From Novakomyces olei (lineage: Eukaryota), in the NCBI GenBank assembly GCA_016906335.1, contig JADEYG010000001.1, positions 682,001-746,000 on the forward strand: 64,000 nt of DNA, given 5' to 3'. The notes under the pieces were generated by a model, which was not told the DNA's origin, searched no databases, and saw nothing but the letters and a program-made list of their open reading frames with translations. The position numbers and the translations under genes are program-made. Shown piece by piece: positions 49,905-60,711 of the stretch. The first letter of the stretch is position 1, and each line of letters starts with the position of its first letter.

Positions 49905-52118
49905 ATGAGGGCAATCGCAATTACCGGCCTGGCCTGCTTGGCCGCCTTCGTCTCTGGCCGCCATTTGCGGAGGGATGTTGTGTACGAGACCGTTTACAGC
50001 ACAGACTATGAGACTATTGACCCTGAGCCTGTATACGTGACGGAAACAGCGTACACTACGGCAACGCAAACTCAAGAGACTATAGAGCATATTGTTTACG
50101 TGACGGAAACTGTCTTTGCCGATGATTGTGAGGCTACTTTAACCGCGGCCACGGCAGCGAGCCCGACTCAAACTCAAGCTGCTGTTCAGGCGACAATAAC
50201 ACAAGAAGCAGAAGCAGCCGGCGCGTCAATTCAAGCTTCAAAGCAAGAGATTGTCAATGTTAGAATTGAGCAAATAATTGTGACTGTAACCGTCACCATT
50301 GGCAACAAAGTTACAGCCAGGCCGACTACGCTTTACTCGACGGTAACGGAAACCGTTACCGTGACTGGCGCTGCGTCGGCGGTGAGAACGAGTACTGTAA
50401 CCTCTACAATAACCGCCGGCAGCAGCGGTGGCAGCTATAATAATGGCAACGAGCCGGAAATGCTTCCCGAGGGAGCGGCAATCGTACAGCGATCGGTAAT
50501 GATTCCGGCGACTACATCCGTGTATGAGGGCACTACAGTCATTGTTGATAGGCAAACAATTTATTACTCGACACTCGTGTACACATCAACTGTATATTCT
50601 ACACAAAACGCAGCTGATATCGCAACAACTTCTGTATCTTACAGCAATACTACTGCTACCAGTCGTCCCGTCGTACCAACAATGACTGTGGTTGGCAACG
50701 GAACCGGACCCCGCACTCAATTGCCCACATTCACGCGCCTAGTCCGGTCTGCAAAATCGACTCTCACTGCCTCGTCTACCAGTCTGACTGCCAATACGAG
50801 CCTTGCCACTTTGCCTGTAGCTTCTTTAGCTGCCTTGGAATCTTCTCAATCTTCTATTGCTGCGTCCTCAATTGTTACGAATTCATCTACCACGTCTTCA
50901 GTTGCTGCGTCTTCAAGTGCTACGCCTTTACCTGTCACGTCTTCAAATATCACGTCTTCAGATATTACGCCTTCACCTGTTACGTCTTCAAGTACTACGT
51001 CTTCACCTGTTACGTCTTCAAGTACTACGTCTTCACCTGTTACGTCTTCAAGTACTACGTCTTCACCTGTTACGTCTTCAAGTACTACGTCTTCACCTGT
51101 TACGTCTTCAAGTACTACGTCTTCACCTGTCACATCTTCAAGAACTACGTCTTCACCTGTCACATCTTCAAGTACTACGTCTTCAGTTGTTACGTATTCA
51201 GATACTACGTCTTCACCTGTTACGTCTTCAAGTACTACGTCTTCACCTGTTACGTCTTCAAGTACTACGTCTTCACCTGTCACATCTTCAAGAACTACGT
51301 CTTCACCTGTCACATCTTCAAGTACTACGTCTTCAGTTGTTACGTATTCAGATACTACGCCTTCACCTGTCGCGACTTCAGATACTACGCCTTCACCTGT
51401 CGCGACTTCAAGTGCATCTTCACGTTCACGTAGGCGTTCACGTGCGCCTTCACCTGTTACGTCTTCAAGTACTACGTTTTCTACGTCTTCACCTGTCACA
51501 TCTTCAAGTACTACGTCTTCAGCTGTTGAGTCTTCATTTGTTGCGTCTCCACCTGCTGCGTCTTCAACAGCACAGCCTTCTTTGCAACCTTCGAGCACAG
51601 TGGGTGCTGATGCCCCTGATACGACGGTCGAAGCATCATCAATCACTACACAAGGCTCAAAGTTCGTCAGCAATATTCTGGACGAGCACAACAGGCTTCG
51701 AAATTTATCCGGGACTCCTCCGCTCGCTTGGAGCAATGAATTGTCAAGAAACGCTGCTCTACTAGCTGGAGTTTGTGTATTCCAGCATATGTACCAAAAC
51801 GGCTTTGGCCAAAATTTAGCCACTGGCAGCTATTCCAACCCGGCGTTTTACATATTCACGTGGTACGACGAGCATCGGCAGTATGATTTCAACAATCCTG
51901 GATTCAATTCTAGAACGGGTCATTTTACCCAGGTCGAATGGAGATCGACGACACAGGTTGGATGTGCAATGGCAAGGGGATGCTTCAACAATACGGGATA
52001 CGATTATTACCTGGTGTGTGAGTATAATCCAGCAGGAAATATTATCGGCAGCTTTGGCTCAGAAGTTTCTGAACCCACCAGTTCAATCGATGCTCCTCCT
52101 TTGATGACTAATACTTAA
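49905..52118 (+). CDS. Secreted CAP/SCP (PRY-like) protein with Ser/Thr-rich stalk
   Basis: Signal peptide, S/T repeats and a C-terminal CAP domain (HNRLR, GQNLA, WYDE, GHFTQVEW...VGC, YLVCEYNPAGN). Confidence 0.92.
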   Translation: MRAIAITGLACLAAFVSGRHLRRDVVYETVYSTDYETIDPEPVYVTETAYTTATQTQETIEHIVYVTETVFADDCEATLTAATAASPTQTQAAVQATITQEAEAAGASIQASKQEIVNVRIEQIIVTVTVTIGNKVTARPTTLYSTVTETVTVTGAASAVRTSTVTSTITAGSSGGSYNNGNEPEMLPEGAAIVQRSVMIPATTSVYEGTTVIVDRQTIYYSTLVYTSTVYSTQNAADIATTSVSYSNTTATSRPVVPTMTVVGNGTGPRTQLPTFTRLVRSAKSTLTASSTSLTANTSLATLPVASLAALESSQSSIAASSIVTNSSTTSSVAASSSATPLPVTSSNITSSDITPSPVTSSSTTSSPVTSSSTTSSPVTSSSTTSSPVTSSSTTSSPVTSSSTTSSPVTSSRTTSSPVTSSSTTSSVVTYSDTTSSPVTSSSTTSSPVTSSSTTSSPVTSSRTTSSPVTSSSTTSSVVTYSDTTPSPVATSDTTPSPVATSSASSRSRRRSRAPSPVTSSSTTFSTSSPVTSSSTTSSAVESSFVASPPAASSTAQPSLQPSSTVGADAPDTTVEASSITTQGSKFVSNILDEHNRLRNLSGTPPLAWSNELSRNAALLAGVCVFQHMYQNGFGQNLATGSYSNPAFYIFTWYDEHRQYDFNNPGFNSRTGHFTQVEWRSTTQVGCAMARGCFNNTGYDYYLVCEYNPAGNIIGSFGSEVSEPTSSIDAPPLMTNT
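50960..51520 (+). repeat. Intragenic 30-bp tandem repeat encoding SSTTSSPVTS
   Basis: Unit CTTCACCTGTTACGTCTTCAAGTACTACGT, roughly 15-18 copies including variants. Confidence 0.95.
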
Positions 52119-52725
52119 TTTTAAAAGGGAATCATAATGAAAATAGAGACGGAAAGAAAAACAAGTTAAAACTAGGTAAAAAAGGATATATAAAAGGCAC
52201 GAATAATAAGGATGAAAAATTGGAGTACTTATCGCGTTGAGCAGGTTTCGGACGAGATAAATGATGACATTCTTAAAACGAAAATTGAAAGAATAGACTT
52301 GCAAAGGAACATGGTTTTGATAAATGGCTTTTTTTTTAATTTTGTAGTAATGATGAGGCAGGCGAACTGATATGAATATTTGATTTTCTATTATACTCGT
52401 TTCTTAAAAATGATTCTTCTTGCATTCAGTATCGCTATATCATAATCGTGAACGGCGTTATGTTGTATCACCCCGCGCTTAAACTGTACGCCGTACAACA
52501 CCAAACAGACGTCACACCGTAAACTTACTCTTCGGACATTCAACAGCCTGTGCCAATACTAAGTGCTTGAGGACAGTCCATAGAGTAAGAAAGGATTATT
52601 TGTGCAGCGTTTAATCGATGGCGATGCTGCTTAGCATAAATACCCGTCAAATACCTCCTTACGCGTGCATGTCCATAACGGTTGTCTGACCCGTATCAAA
52701 TAGCATTGCAAATACATTATCAAGA

Positions 52726-52964
52726 TTATTGGGGAACATGAATGCGATCAAAAGAGTAAGCGTCAAGAGAAGGATCTATACCGTTGTATTTGCGATATAA
52801 TAGCTCCTGAAGGTTTCGGCCCTTTGGCCGAGGATGATCACGTTCATACAAATAATACGACCATGTGCCTGTGAAAAGTGCAAGAGTCCGATCGCCCCAC
52901 CTTTGAAATTAGAAAGATTTAGCTTTGAATTGAGTTACTTTGACAAAAGGTATCGGTTTTTCAT
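52726..52964 (-). CDS. NCE101: Non-classical export protein 1 (NCE101 family), 66 aa
   Basis: Not in the ORF track. Exon 52964-52939, a 38-nt intron (52938-52901) and exon 52900-52726 give MKNRYLLSKWGDRTLALFTGTWSYYLYERDHPRPKGRNLQELLYRKYNG..., matching the NCE101 pattern (LL.K..D..LA...G..SYY.YER...RP.G..L.EL). Confidence 0.82.
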
Positions 52965-53401
52965 TCCGTTTTGCGGTTCGATGGGGAGCAAACGGTTGGA
53001 TGGATATTGCTGACTAAAAGATTAGTCAACTGCTCATAAAGCAGGTTTTGTATTGAATGAATATCTTATTACCGTAGATCAGGTTCGGCTGTGGAAAACA
53101 GCCATTTGGTGTTTTTATATATTCAAATATTAATTTACTATGTATAAAATATATACATACTTTATTTGCATACTCCAATTGTCATGGTTAACATGTTGTA
53201 TACAATGCTACAATTGAGAGGGTTGGCTTAGGGTTAGGGTTGGTATCCGTTGCTACGTACAAAACGCGCTTGCAGCCAAAGCTCAACATTGTCAAATGAA
53301 TATTATTACTATGAATATTGATATTATGATATTAATATACACAGTATCATCAAGGCATCGAAAATTAAAGCACATAATTAATATTAGAGCTTCCTGGGTA
53401 T

Positions 53402-54896
53402 CTACCTTCGCCGCCTCTCAGAATGCCCATCACCATACCGACTATAGGTTTGGCCGTGCTGTCGGCGACTTGAAGAGCCGTGTCGATCCGGTCGGCCGGG
53501 AGACCGTTCACGCTCCCGAGAATCGCCTCGCCTTGAACGGTAATATCCTTCTCTGCGACCAGGATCTCGGTGATCGCTGTGTCTCTCGGGAATATATGTA
53601 TCTCCCTCTGTCGAATGATGGTGCCTGCTTTCCTCTCTATCTCGCCTTGAACGCCTTTCTCGGCTGTGTCTTCTTGGCTTTTCATATTTGCTCCTTCCTT
53701 GCTCTTCATCGTCTGCAAAGATATAATCGTGCCGATGGCCATTAGGCCCATAATCGCGACGAGACTCGGCAACTCGGCCACGAGTACTATCATGATGATC
53801 GCCTCTCGGTTTGTGTAAATTAACTTTGAGCGGATCAAACCGATCCTTCCAATTACGAACAATGCCTTGACTAAAATCAACATGTATACGACGGTCATCA
53901 ACCAAAACATCCTGCATTTTAAAGTAAGCTTGTTCACAGGCTTCTTTTTCCTCAAACTCAATAAAAGCATATTGCAGACTGTCCCCTGTAACCTTGTCGT
54001 GGATTATCTGACAGCTAAGGATCCTACCGAACCGTGAAAAAATAAGCTCCAAGTCTTCTTCCGTAGTTACAGGATTTAGTTTACAAACAAAGAGTACATT
54101 TTCAGGAGGTTTCATTTCAGCAAAGGGTAAATCGCCCACCATTTCAAGTGTGAGCGCCTGTGCCCGGGCTTCGCGTTCCCTTCGTCGTTGCTCTGCCGTT
54201 TCCTCATCCACATCTTCATCAAGCGCTTCGTCCTCACCAATTCGTACAGTTGCCAGCTGAGCTTTTGTAGGTACTGGACTCTCTGGCGGTTCCACCATTC
54301 CGGGTGCTTCACGTTAGTATAATCAGAGAAAAAAAGAATTAAAAAATTAAAAAATTAAAAATAAAAGAATAGTTAGACCTAGACGTACGATCAGGAAATG
54401 GGTCTTCCAGCACTATTGTATGCTTTATGCGGATGTCCTTGAAAGGCTGACCATTTCGGTCACAAAATGCACTGTTGATAGTGTCCAAAGTTTCGAATCC
54501 TTCAGCCACGCGTCCAAAAACAGTGTGCTTTCCATCCAGAATATCAACGTCGTCACCCAAAGTTACAAGAAACTGACTTGCACACTCACTGTCTTCTTCA
54601 CCGCTCGCAATCATCGACACAGTACCGCGCTCCCTGTGTTTCAAGTCATTTTTCTCAGCGGAAAAGTAACGGGGACCCGTGCCTAACAAGCCCCAGACAG
54701 AGGTGCCACCGTCGCCAGTGGGTCCAATGGGATCACCTGTTTGCATGGAAAACCCTTGCTGTACATTGAAAACAGGGCTGAAATTGTAATACTTGAGTTT
54801 GCACAGTTTGAGAAAGTTTAGACATGTTTTCGGAGCTGCTTCAGTAAAGAGATCAATCACTATATCTCCCGCTGTCGTGTCGAGAAGAACGCTCAT
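53402..54896 (-). CDS. rct1: Cyclophilin-RRM protein (PPIL4/Rct1)
   Basis: Cyclophilin domain [16 protein letters not shown]...[12 protein letters not shown]; intron 54388-54307; [13 protein letters not shown]...YAFIEF...IHVDFSQ; RS/RD-rich tail. Confidence 0.93.
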
Positions 54897-54986
54897 TGAC
54901 GCTTTATCTGTTGAATTGATATAAATTGTGTCAAACAAATATTCGTACTACAACAATTGTACCAAATCTTGGACATTATAGATCAA

Positions 54987-54988
54987 TT

Positions 54989-55039
<51 letters not shown>

Positions 55040-55043
55040 TCTA
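54987..55043. repeat. (ATTT)n microsatellite in the rct1/PIG-H divergent intergenic region
   Basis: About 13 copies. Confidence 0.9.
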
Positions 55044-55210
55044 TGAGTCATAATATTCAATTTATAGGCAAACGCATATGTGAACTGGATCATTTCTGAA
55101 GTCAGTCGTTTGGCACTATATGGCAGTCTGAGTACAGCTTTACTGAACAGCCAACCCTTTCACCGTTCTGCAACAGTCATTTGCGTTTGAGATATATATA
55201 TAGACGAATA

Positions 55211-55751
55211 ATGGCTCTGCGCGTTGTACGGTCGTCGGCAACAGCCGTCGAATTTATGTGCGAACGCGACAATGGAAGCTTCTTCGTCTACATCCTAAGG
55301 CTCTTGGTTTTTTGCGTTTCGCGATTACTGCTTACTGTTGCTCCCCTGTTATTTCTTCGCAATAGTCACTTTCCTATGGCAATTGTCTTTACCGTGTTTA
55401 TGGCTCTGTTGGTCTACGAGCTGGGCCCGTCGGCTCCGTATAGTAAGTTTGACTGATGAATGAATGGATATGCTAAATGCTTCGCTAGAAGAGTCGCTGC
55501 TGGTACTGCGACAAGTCGGAATCCAAATAAACACTTTTTATCTATTCACCAGCTCAACAAAGTTTATTCCTCTCCAAGACATCCAAGAGGTCATTATCCA
55601 CGAGGGATTCTTTGGCCTTCAGGTCAAATTTTACCTGGCTGTCATCGTAAGCCAGGACCGCGAGCTTCATATTGCATTTCGCAGCCTTATGCCGCGGCGA
55701 AAAGAGCTGCAATTAGTATGGCGCACGGTTCATGGCATGCTGTACCTTTAA
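55211..55751 (+). CDS. GPI15: GPI-GlcNAc transferase subunit PIG-H/Gpi15
   Basis: Two hydrophobic helices, a 46-nt intron (55443-55488), then ESLLVLRQVGIQ...FIPLQDIQEVIIHEGF...YLAVIV...F..LMPR. Confidence 0.85.
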
Positions 55752-55924
55752 AGATTAAATTTTGCTGGCAATTGCCTTCCAATGAAGCAAGATGTTGCGG
55801 GTACAGGGCTTTTAATTTTGGCCGCCTACACATTAATTTTGCTCAAACTTTAATGTGTAAATGTTCGTTACTACAATTCTATTGACAATTCATACATTCG
55901 TAATTTGACCATTTCAAGTCAACT

Positions 55925-57583
55925 TTAAAATTTAACTTGCTCGGTGACTTGTTTTACGTTCAAAAACTCACGAAATCCGTGCTCGCTGAGGTTAATACCG
56001 AACCCAGATCGCTTCCACGGGACCCAAGGCGCTTCAACAAAAGTGGGCTGCGAGCAATTCTCCCATACGATACCCGCTTCAATTTCATTTGCAAATTTAG
56101 TTCTTCGCTCAGCACTAGTCGAAACAACTGCCGCTCCCAATCCGTACTCAGTATCGTTGGCAAGAGCAATGGCCTCTTCATCCGTCTCAAAAGCCTGCAT
56201 CACCAGCACTGGTCCAAAGACCTCCTCTTTCCAGATACGCATGTTGTGGTTAACGTTACCGATAATCGTGGGCTTGACGAAAAATCCTGACCGGGAAGAA
56301 TCAACTCCTCCAGTCAGAATTTTAGCGCCCTCTTTGACGGCTCCATCGATGAACGATTTGACTTTTTCAAATTGTGTTTTGCTCACAATTGGACCCATTT
56401 TAGTGTCCTTTTCAAGTCCATCTCCGACTTTTGTTGTCTCTGCAACTCCGATAAGAGCCTCAAGCAATTTATTTTCAATGCTTTTATGTACGAGCAGACG
56501 ACTAGTTGCCGAACAGACTTCGCCCTGGTTGAACCAGATTCCCATTTCAACAGCGTCTTTTGCCACGTTCAAATCTGCATCGTCACACACAACAATCGGA
56601 GATTTTCCTCCGAGCTCAAGCGTTACGGGGACCAGATTTTCGGCCGCTGCTTTCATTATACGGCGGCCAGTTGGAGCACTGCCAGTAAATGAGATACAGT
56701 CAACATACGGGCTTTCTGCAATTGCTTGACCCGTCTCAGCTCCCTGTTGATTAGAATAGTTAAATAGACAAACAAGTAGACGAAAAGTATTGTTGATGTA
56801 TTGATATATATCTTACATATCCAGGCAGAACGCTCAGTACTCCACGAGGAAGTCCGGCTTCTTCTGCAATATGGGCAAACTCAAGCGCCGAAGATGGACT
56901 GTATTCCGAAGGTTTGAGGATGACATGGCAGCCAGCTGCAAGGGCGGGTACAAACTTCCATGCTGCCATAAGCAGAGGATAGTTCCAGGGGACAATAGCT
57001 CCGACCACGCTTGATATTAGCACCTGCTCAAAGATGAAAGGAAAACCAGCACGAAAAAAAGCGTTTAACAAAGGTGATAAAAAGGAAAACGGTACGGAAT
57101 TGTGTGGAATTTTAGCTGCTTTATTTCTTATACATACCCCTTGGGCCAGAGTTCTTCTTTCGAGACAAACCCTTCAGCGGCCAGTGGAACCTGCCGTGTA
57201 TACTTGATCTCCTGTGAGAGTTGGATATAGTATTTAAAGCAAGCAACACAGTCTTCCAGATCCATTATGGCTTCAGCGAGAGGCTTGCCCATTTCCAGAG
57301 TATCCAGTTTAGCCAGCCGCTCCTTTTGTGCATCAACTGCGCTGGAGACCCGCTCAAGTATCTCTGCACGCTTGGCAGGAGTCAATCGGCTCCATACGCC
57401 CGACTTGAACGCGGCTTTACTCGCCTTGGCTGCCTTTTCCACGTCTTGAGCACTAGCTGCTGCGCAAGTGCCCTGTACCTTGCCCGTAGCAGGGTTCACC
57501 AGCTCGATAGCCCGTCCGTTGCCCTTAATCCATTCGCCGGCAGCGTAGATCTGACCTTGAGGTGCTTTGCGTAATTGCTCCAT
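55925..57583 (-). CDS. Betaine/amino-aldehyde dehydrogenase-like enzyme (ALDH10-like)
   Basis: Motifs [46 protein letters not shown] and WENCSQP. Two introns. Confidence 0.9.
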
Positions 57584-58471
57584 GATTCGTTGAGGCAAAA
57601 GATGGTTGGAAAATCTGGTTACGTCGTCCTATATGGGTCCGTTAAAATAGACGGCAGATTTTACCGCCCTCCTATCAGTGCGGTCGGAGCCACTCGCAGC
57701 GTGGGATTATCGGATATATACCAATAAAAGGAAAGAGTGTATTATTACATACATAGTTTGACGCTTGTACTTTGATTGGCAGAGCCATTTTACCGCTTAT
57801 CCACGGGTATAACCCTAACCCTGATTGAGGGGTCCAGTTACTGTCAAGCTCACCCGGATTTTTGTTCCTTGCCTTTCTCAACAGGGCCGAGCCTGTCTCA
57901 GGCAGCGGTGCGTATTAAAGTTGGGCTGGTATTCCCTTGGATTTATTGTTAATTCATTGTGAATTTATTGTTGAACAAAAAGTGGGTAAGAGAGAGACTA
58001 TTCAGGGAGAAACGGTCTCTCGTTTGGGTTCACATTGGCCACTTGACAGACAATAGCGAAGCAGCCTTTTACGCCTACCTTACATACAGGTCTATTAAAT
58101 CCATCTTTAAAAGTATGTAATATACAAAAATATTACTACAAAATATACGCAGTAGCAACGCCAGAAAGGCCCTGTTTTCTCAGTACAATAATTTGTATGA
58201 CTTCTCCATTACAATGATCTGGATACTATATTCCGAGCAGTACTTGTTCACGTATTATACTTTCGACAAGATTTTTCCGTTTTGATTTTCTCATATATTA
58301 AATGTAGCTGTCTCCCTCTACAATGTCCGGCGCATAGTACAAAATTGGAATAAAGTCAATAAATCACCAATCGATCCAGCGACGCGTAACTGGAAACTCG
58401 GAAACTTTATTTGATTGAGGGCAGCGGCTATGTGCAACAACGTACCGTTATAATGCCGTTATAATGCCGTT

Positions 58472-60185
58472 ATGGCGACTGCCGACGAACACGAACCAGA
58501 TCTAAACGGCCGAGATGGAGCACGTCGCAGCAAAAAGCAGAATGCTTCCTCGATAGGAGCGCCTTCGTAAGTAGACCAGCTTAAAATTCTTTCATTTATT
58601 TTTTTTTCGTCTGCTCGACTGTATTAATCAGTCGTTATTTACTATGTCTTTAAGGTTTTGTTCCGTTTAATTTAGGTTCATTGAATCATTAATTTATTTG
58701 GATATTGATTGATTGATTGAATTTAATTTAATTTTCATTTGTATATTCTTCTTATTTTAAGGCTCCTTGACTATTCATTGCGTCATTGATTTTGATTAAA
58801 TCTTTCTAACTCAATAGGGCTCTCGCACGGTCAGCGATCAACCAAGTAGGAGACCTGTCAAGTCGAATTGAATAACTAACAATAGATATTTGCCTTTTAC
58901 ATTCGTGTGCCATTAAAACTGTTCCGCCCAACTCGTTTCGACTACCTTTCGGTTGCACGTGCAATTCACCCTAAAGCTCTAGCCGGAGAAACATGGTCAT
59001 GGCATACTTCAAGCCCAGGTCTTTTGGCGCATGCTATACGGCTGCATGGCTGGTCTTTTATACCAAAGCAAGGTACACAAAATATGTTATATTGCAGGCA
59101 AAAATATGTTAATTATCACAAACTTGGCTGGCACTTAATCTTGCGCTGAAAATTTGTTCTGTTCGACATCGGCTTGCAGTTCAAAACTCTTTTCCTCCAT
59201 CTTTATTTTGTTTAATTCTTTTTGGCTACTATATTTATGTCGTTTTTTTTCCTGCTTCAGCTTTTACTAATGACAAGTTTTACCTCCTTTCCTGGCAAAC
59301 TCTACGGTCGGAATCGTATTGTATACAACTTATATCGAAACACTTTCCGCCTTTTATCCCAGTCCCTTCCATGCAATGTCGGCAAGCGACTTGGATGCAG
59401 CCAGGTACAGGCCTCCAGTCAAGGCCGTCTTTGCCGCAGGAGCCTGTGCCGGCCTGGCTCAGGCTGCAGTTTCACAGCCTTTAGATGCTTTAATTTTACG
59501 TTTCAATATAAACGATTTGCTTCATGATCATCGGTCCATGTGGCATTACTCTGCTTCCTTATTCAGGGCCATGAGCTTTCGCAGTATGACGGCAGGATTT
59601 ACACTGAGTGCACTCAAGGAAAGTGTTAGTTATGGGGTTTTCTTTGCTGCTTTTGAATTTGTGAAAAATCAGGGCATGTTTGCCTGTTTACGAATTCTTT
59701 ACGGGTCCGATGCTCGATCGGTTAAAGCTCATTTCGCTATCGATCCCGCGTTTACTGTCCTCGGCGGGATTGCTGCTTCCATTGCTTATCAGCTGCCGAG
59801 CTATCCTCTGCAAAAAGTACAAAAGCTCTACCGCCACTGCCTTGTGGAAAAGTTACCCGGTCCACCAAAAGTAGCGAGGGGCACGACGGTGCTGCGTGAT
59901 ACAGTACAATGGTACTCTGACCTGTACCGGCAAACTTTCCGGACACTCATTAAACAGGCACGTATAACTGGCGGGCTTGGCACGTACCTTTATCGTGGGT
60001 TTGTTACAACTTGTATCGGTAGTATTCCCTCAACAAGCGCAGGCCTTGTCGTTTTTGATATTTTTCGTCGCCGCTATGGCGATGCGTACGTTAAACGCAT
60101 CACCAGTCTAGACGACTCGGACCACTATGCCGACAATGATACCCGAGATGAGTTTGCTAATGATCAGGCTAGAGACTGGCCTTAG
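58472..60185 (+). CDS. Mitochondrial carrier-like protein (divergent, fungal)
   Basis: Four exons in frame; carrier-like segments AGACAGLAQAAVSQPLD, KESVSYGVFFAAFE, SYPL and YLYRGF...PSTSAGLVVFD. Confidence 0.7.
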
Positions 60186-60196
60186 AATGTATATAG

Positions 60197-60510
<314 letters not shown>

Positions 60511-60711
60511 GGGTGAATAAAATGGATTGGCTTCAATACAAAAGTAAATCAACATTCCAGTACCTTACAACTACAATCCTAAAATTTGCTACAATTTAGT
60601 GCCATCTTTATCTCTTAATCATCAAATTATGAAGACAAGCTCCACCATACACATACAATGCTCCACACCCAATCATAATCGTAAATGCAAAACTCCATGT
60701 AACCTCCACTC

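Noticed and set aside
50846-51823. Long antisense and alternative-frame ORFs (EDVVLEDVTG)n and (LRLHLLRLQV)n
   Set aside because: They are by-products of the stop-free 30-bp repeat in the PRY gene.
52815-52841. U2 snRNA-like 5' stem (TTCGGCCCTTTGGCCGAGGATGATCA)
   Set aside because: It lacks the GTGTAGTA branch-pairing sequence and Sm site, and is explained as the antisense of the NCE101 exon.
53365-53970. 201-aa overlapping ORF in another frame of rct1
   Set aside because: It has no recognisable motif and arises from the low-complexity RS/RD tail.
55944-56729. 261-aa plus-strand ORF
   Set aside because: It is the antisense shadow of the ALDH exon.
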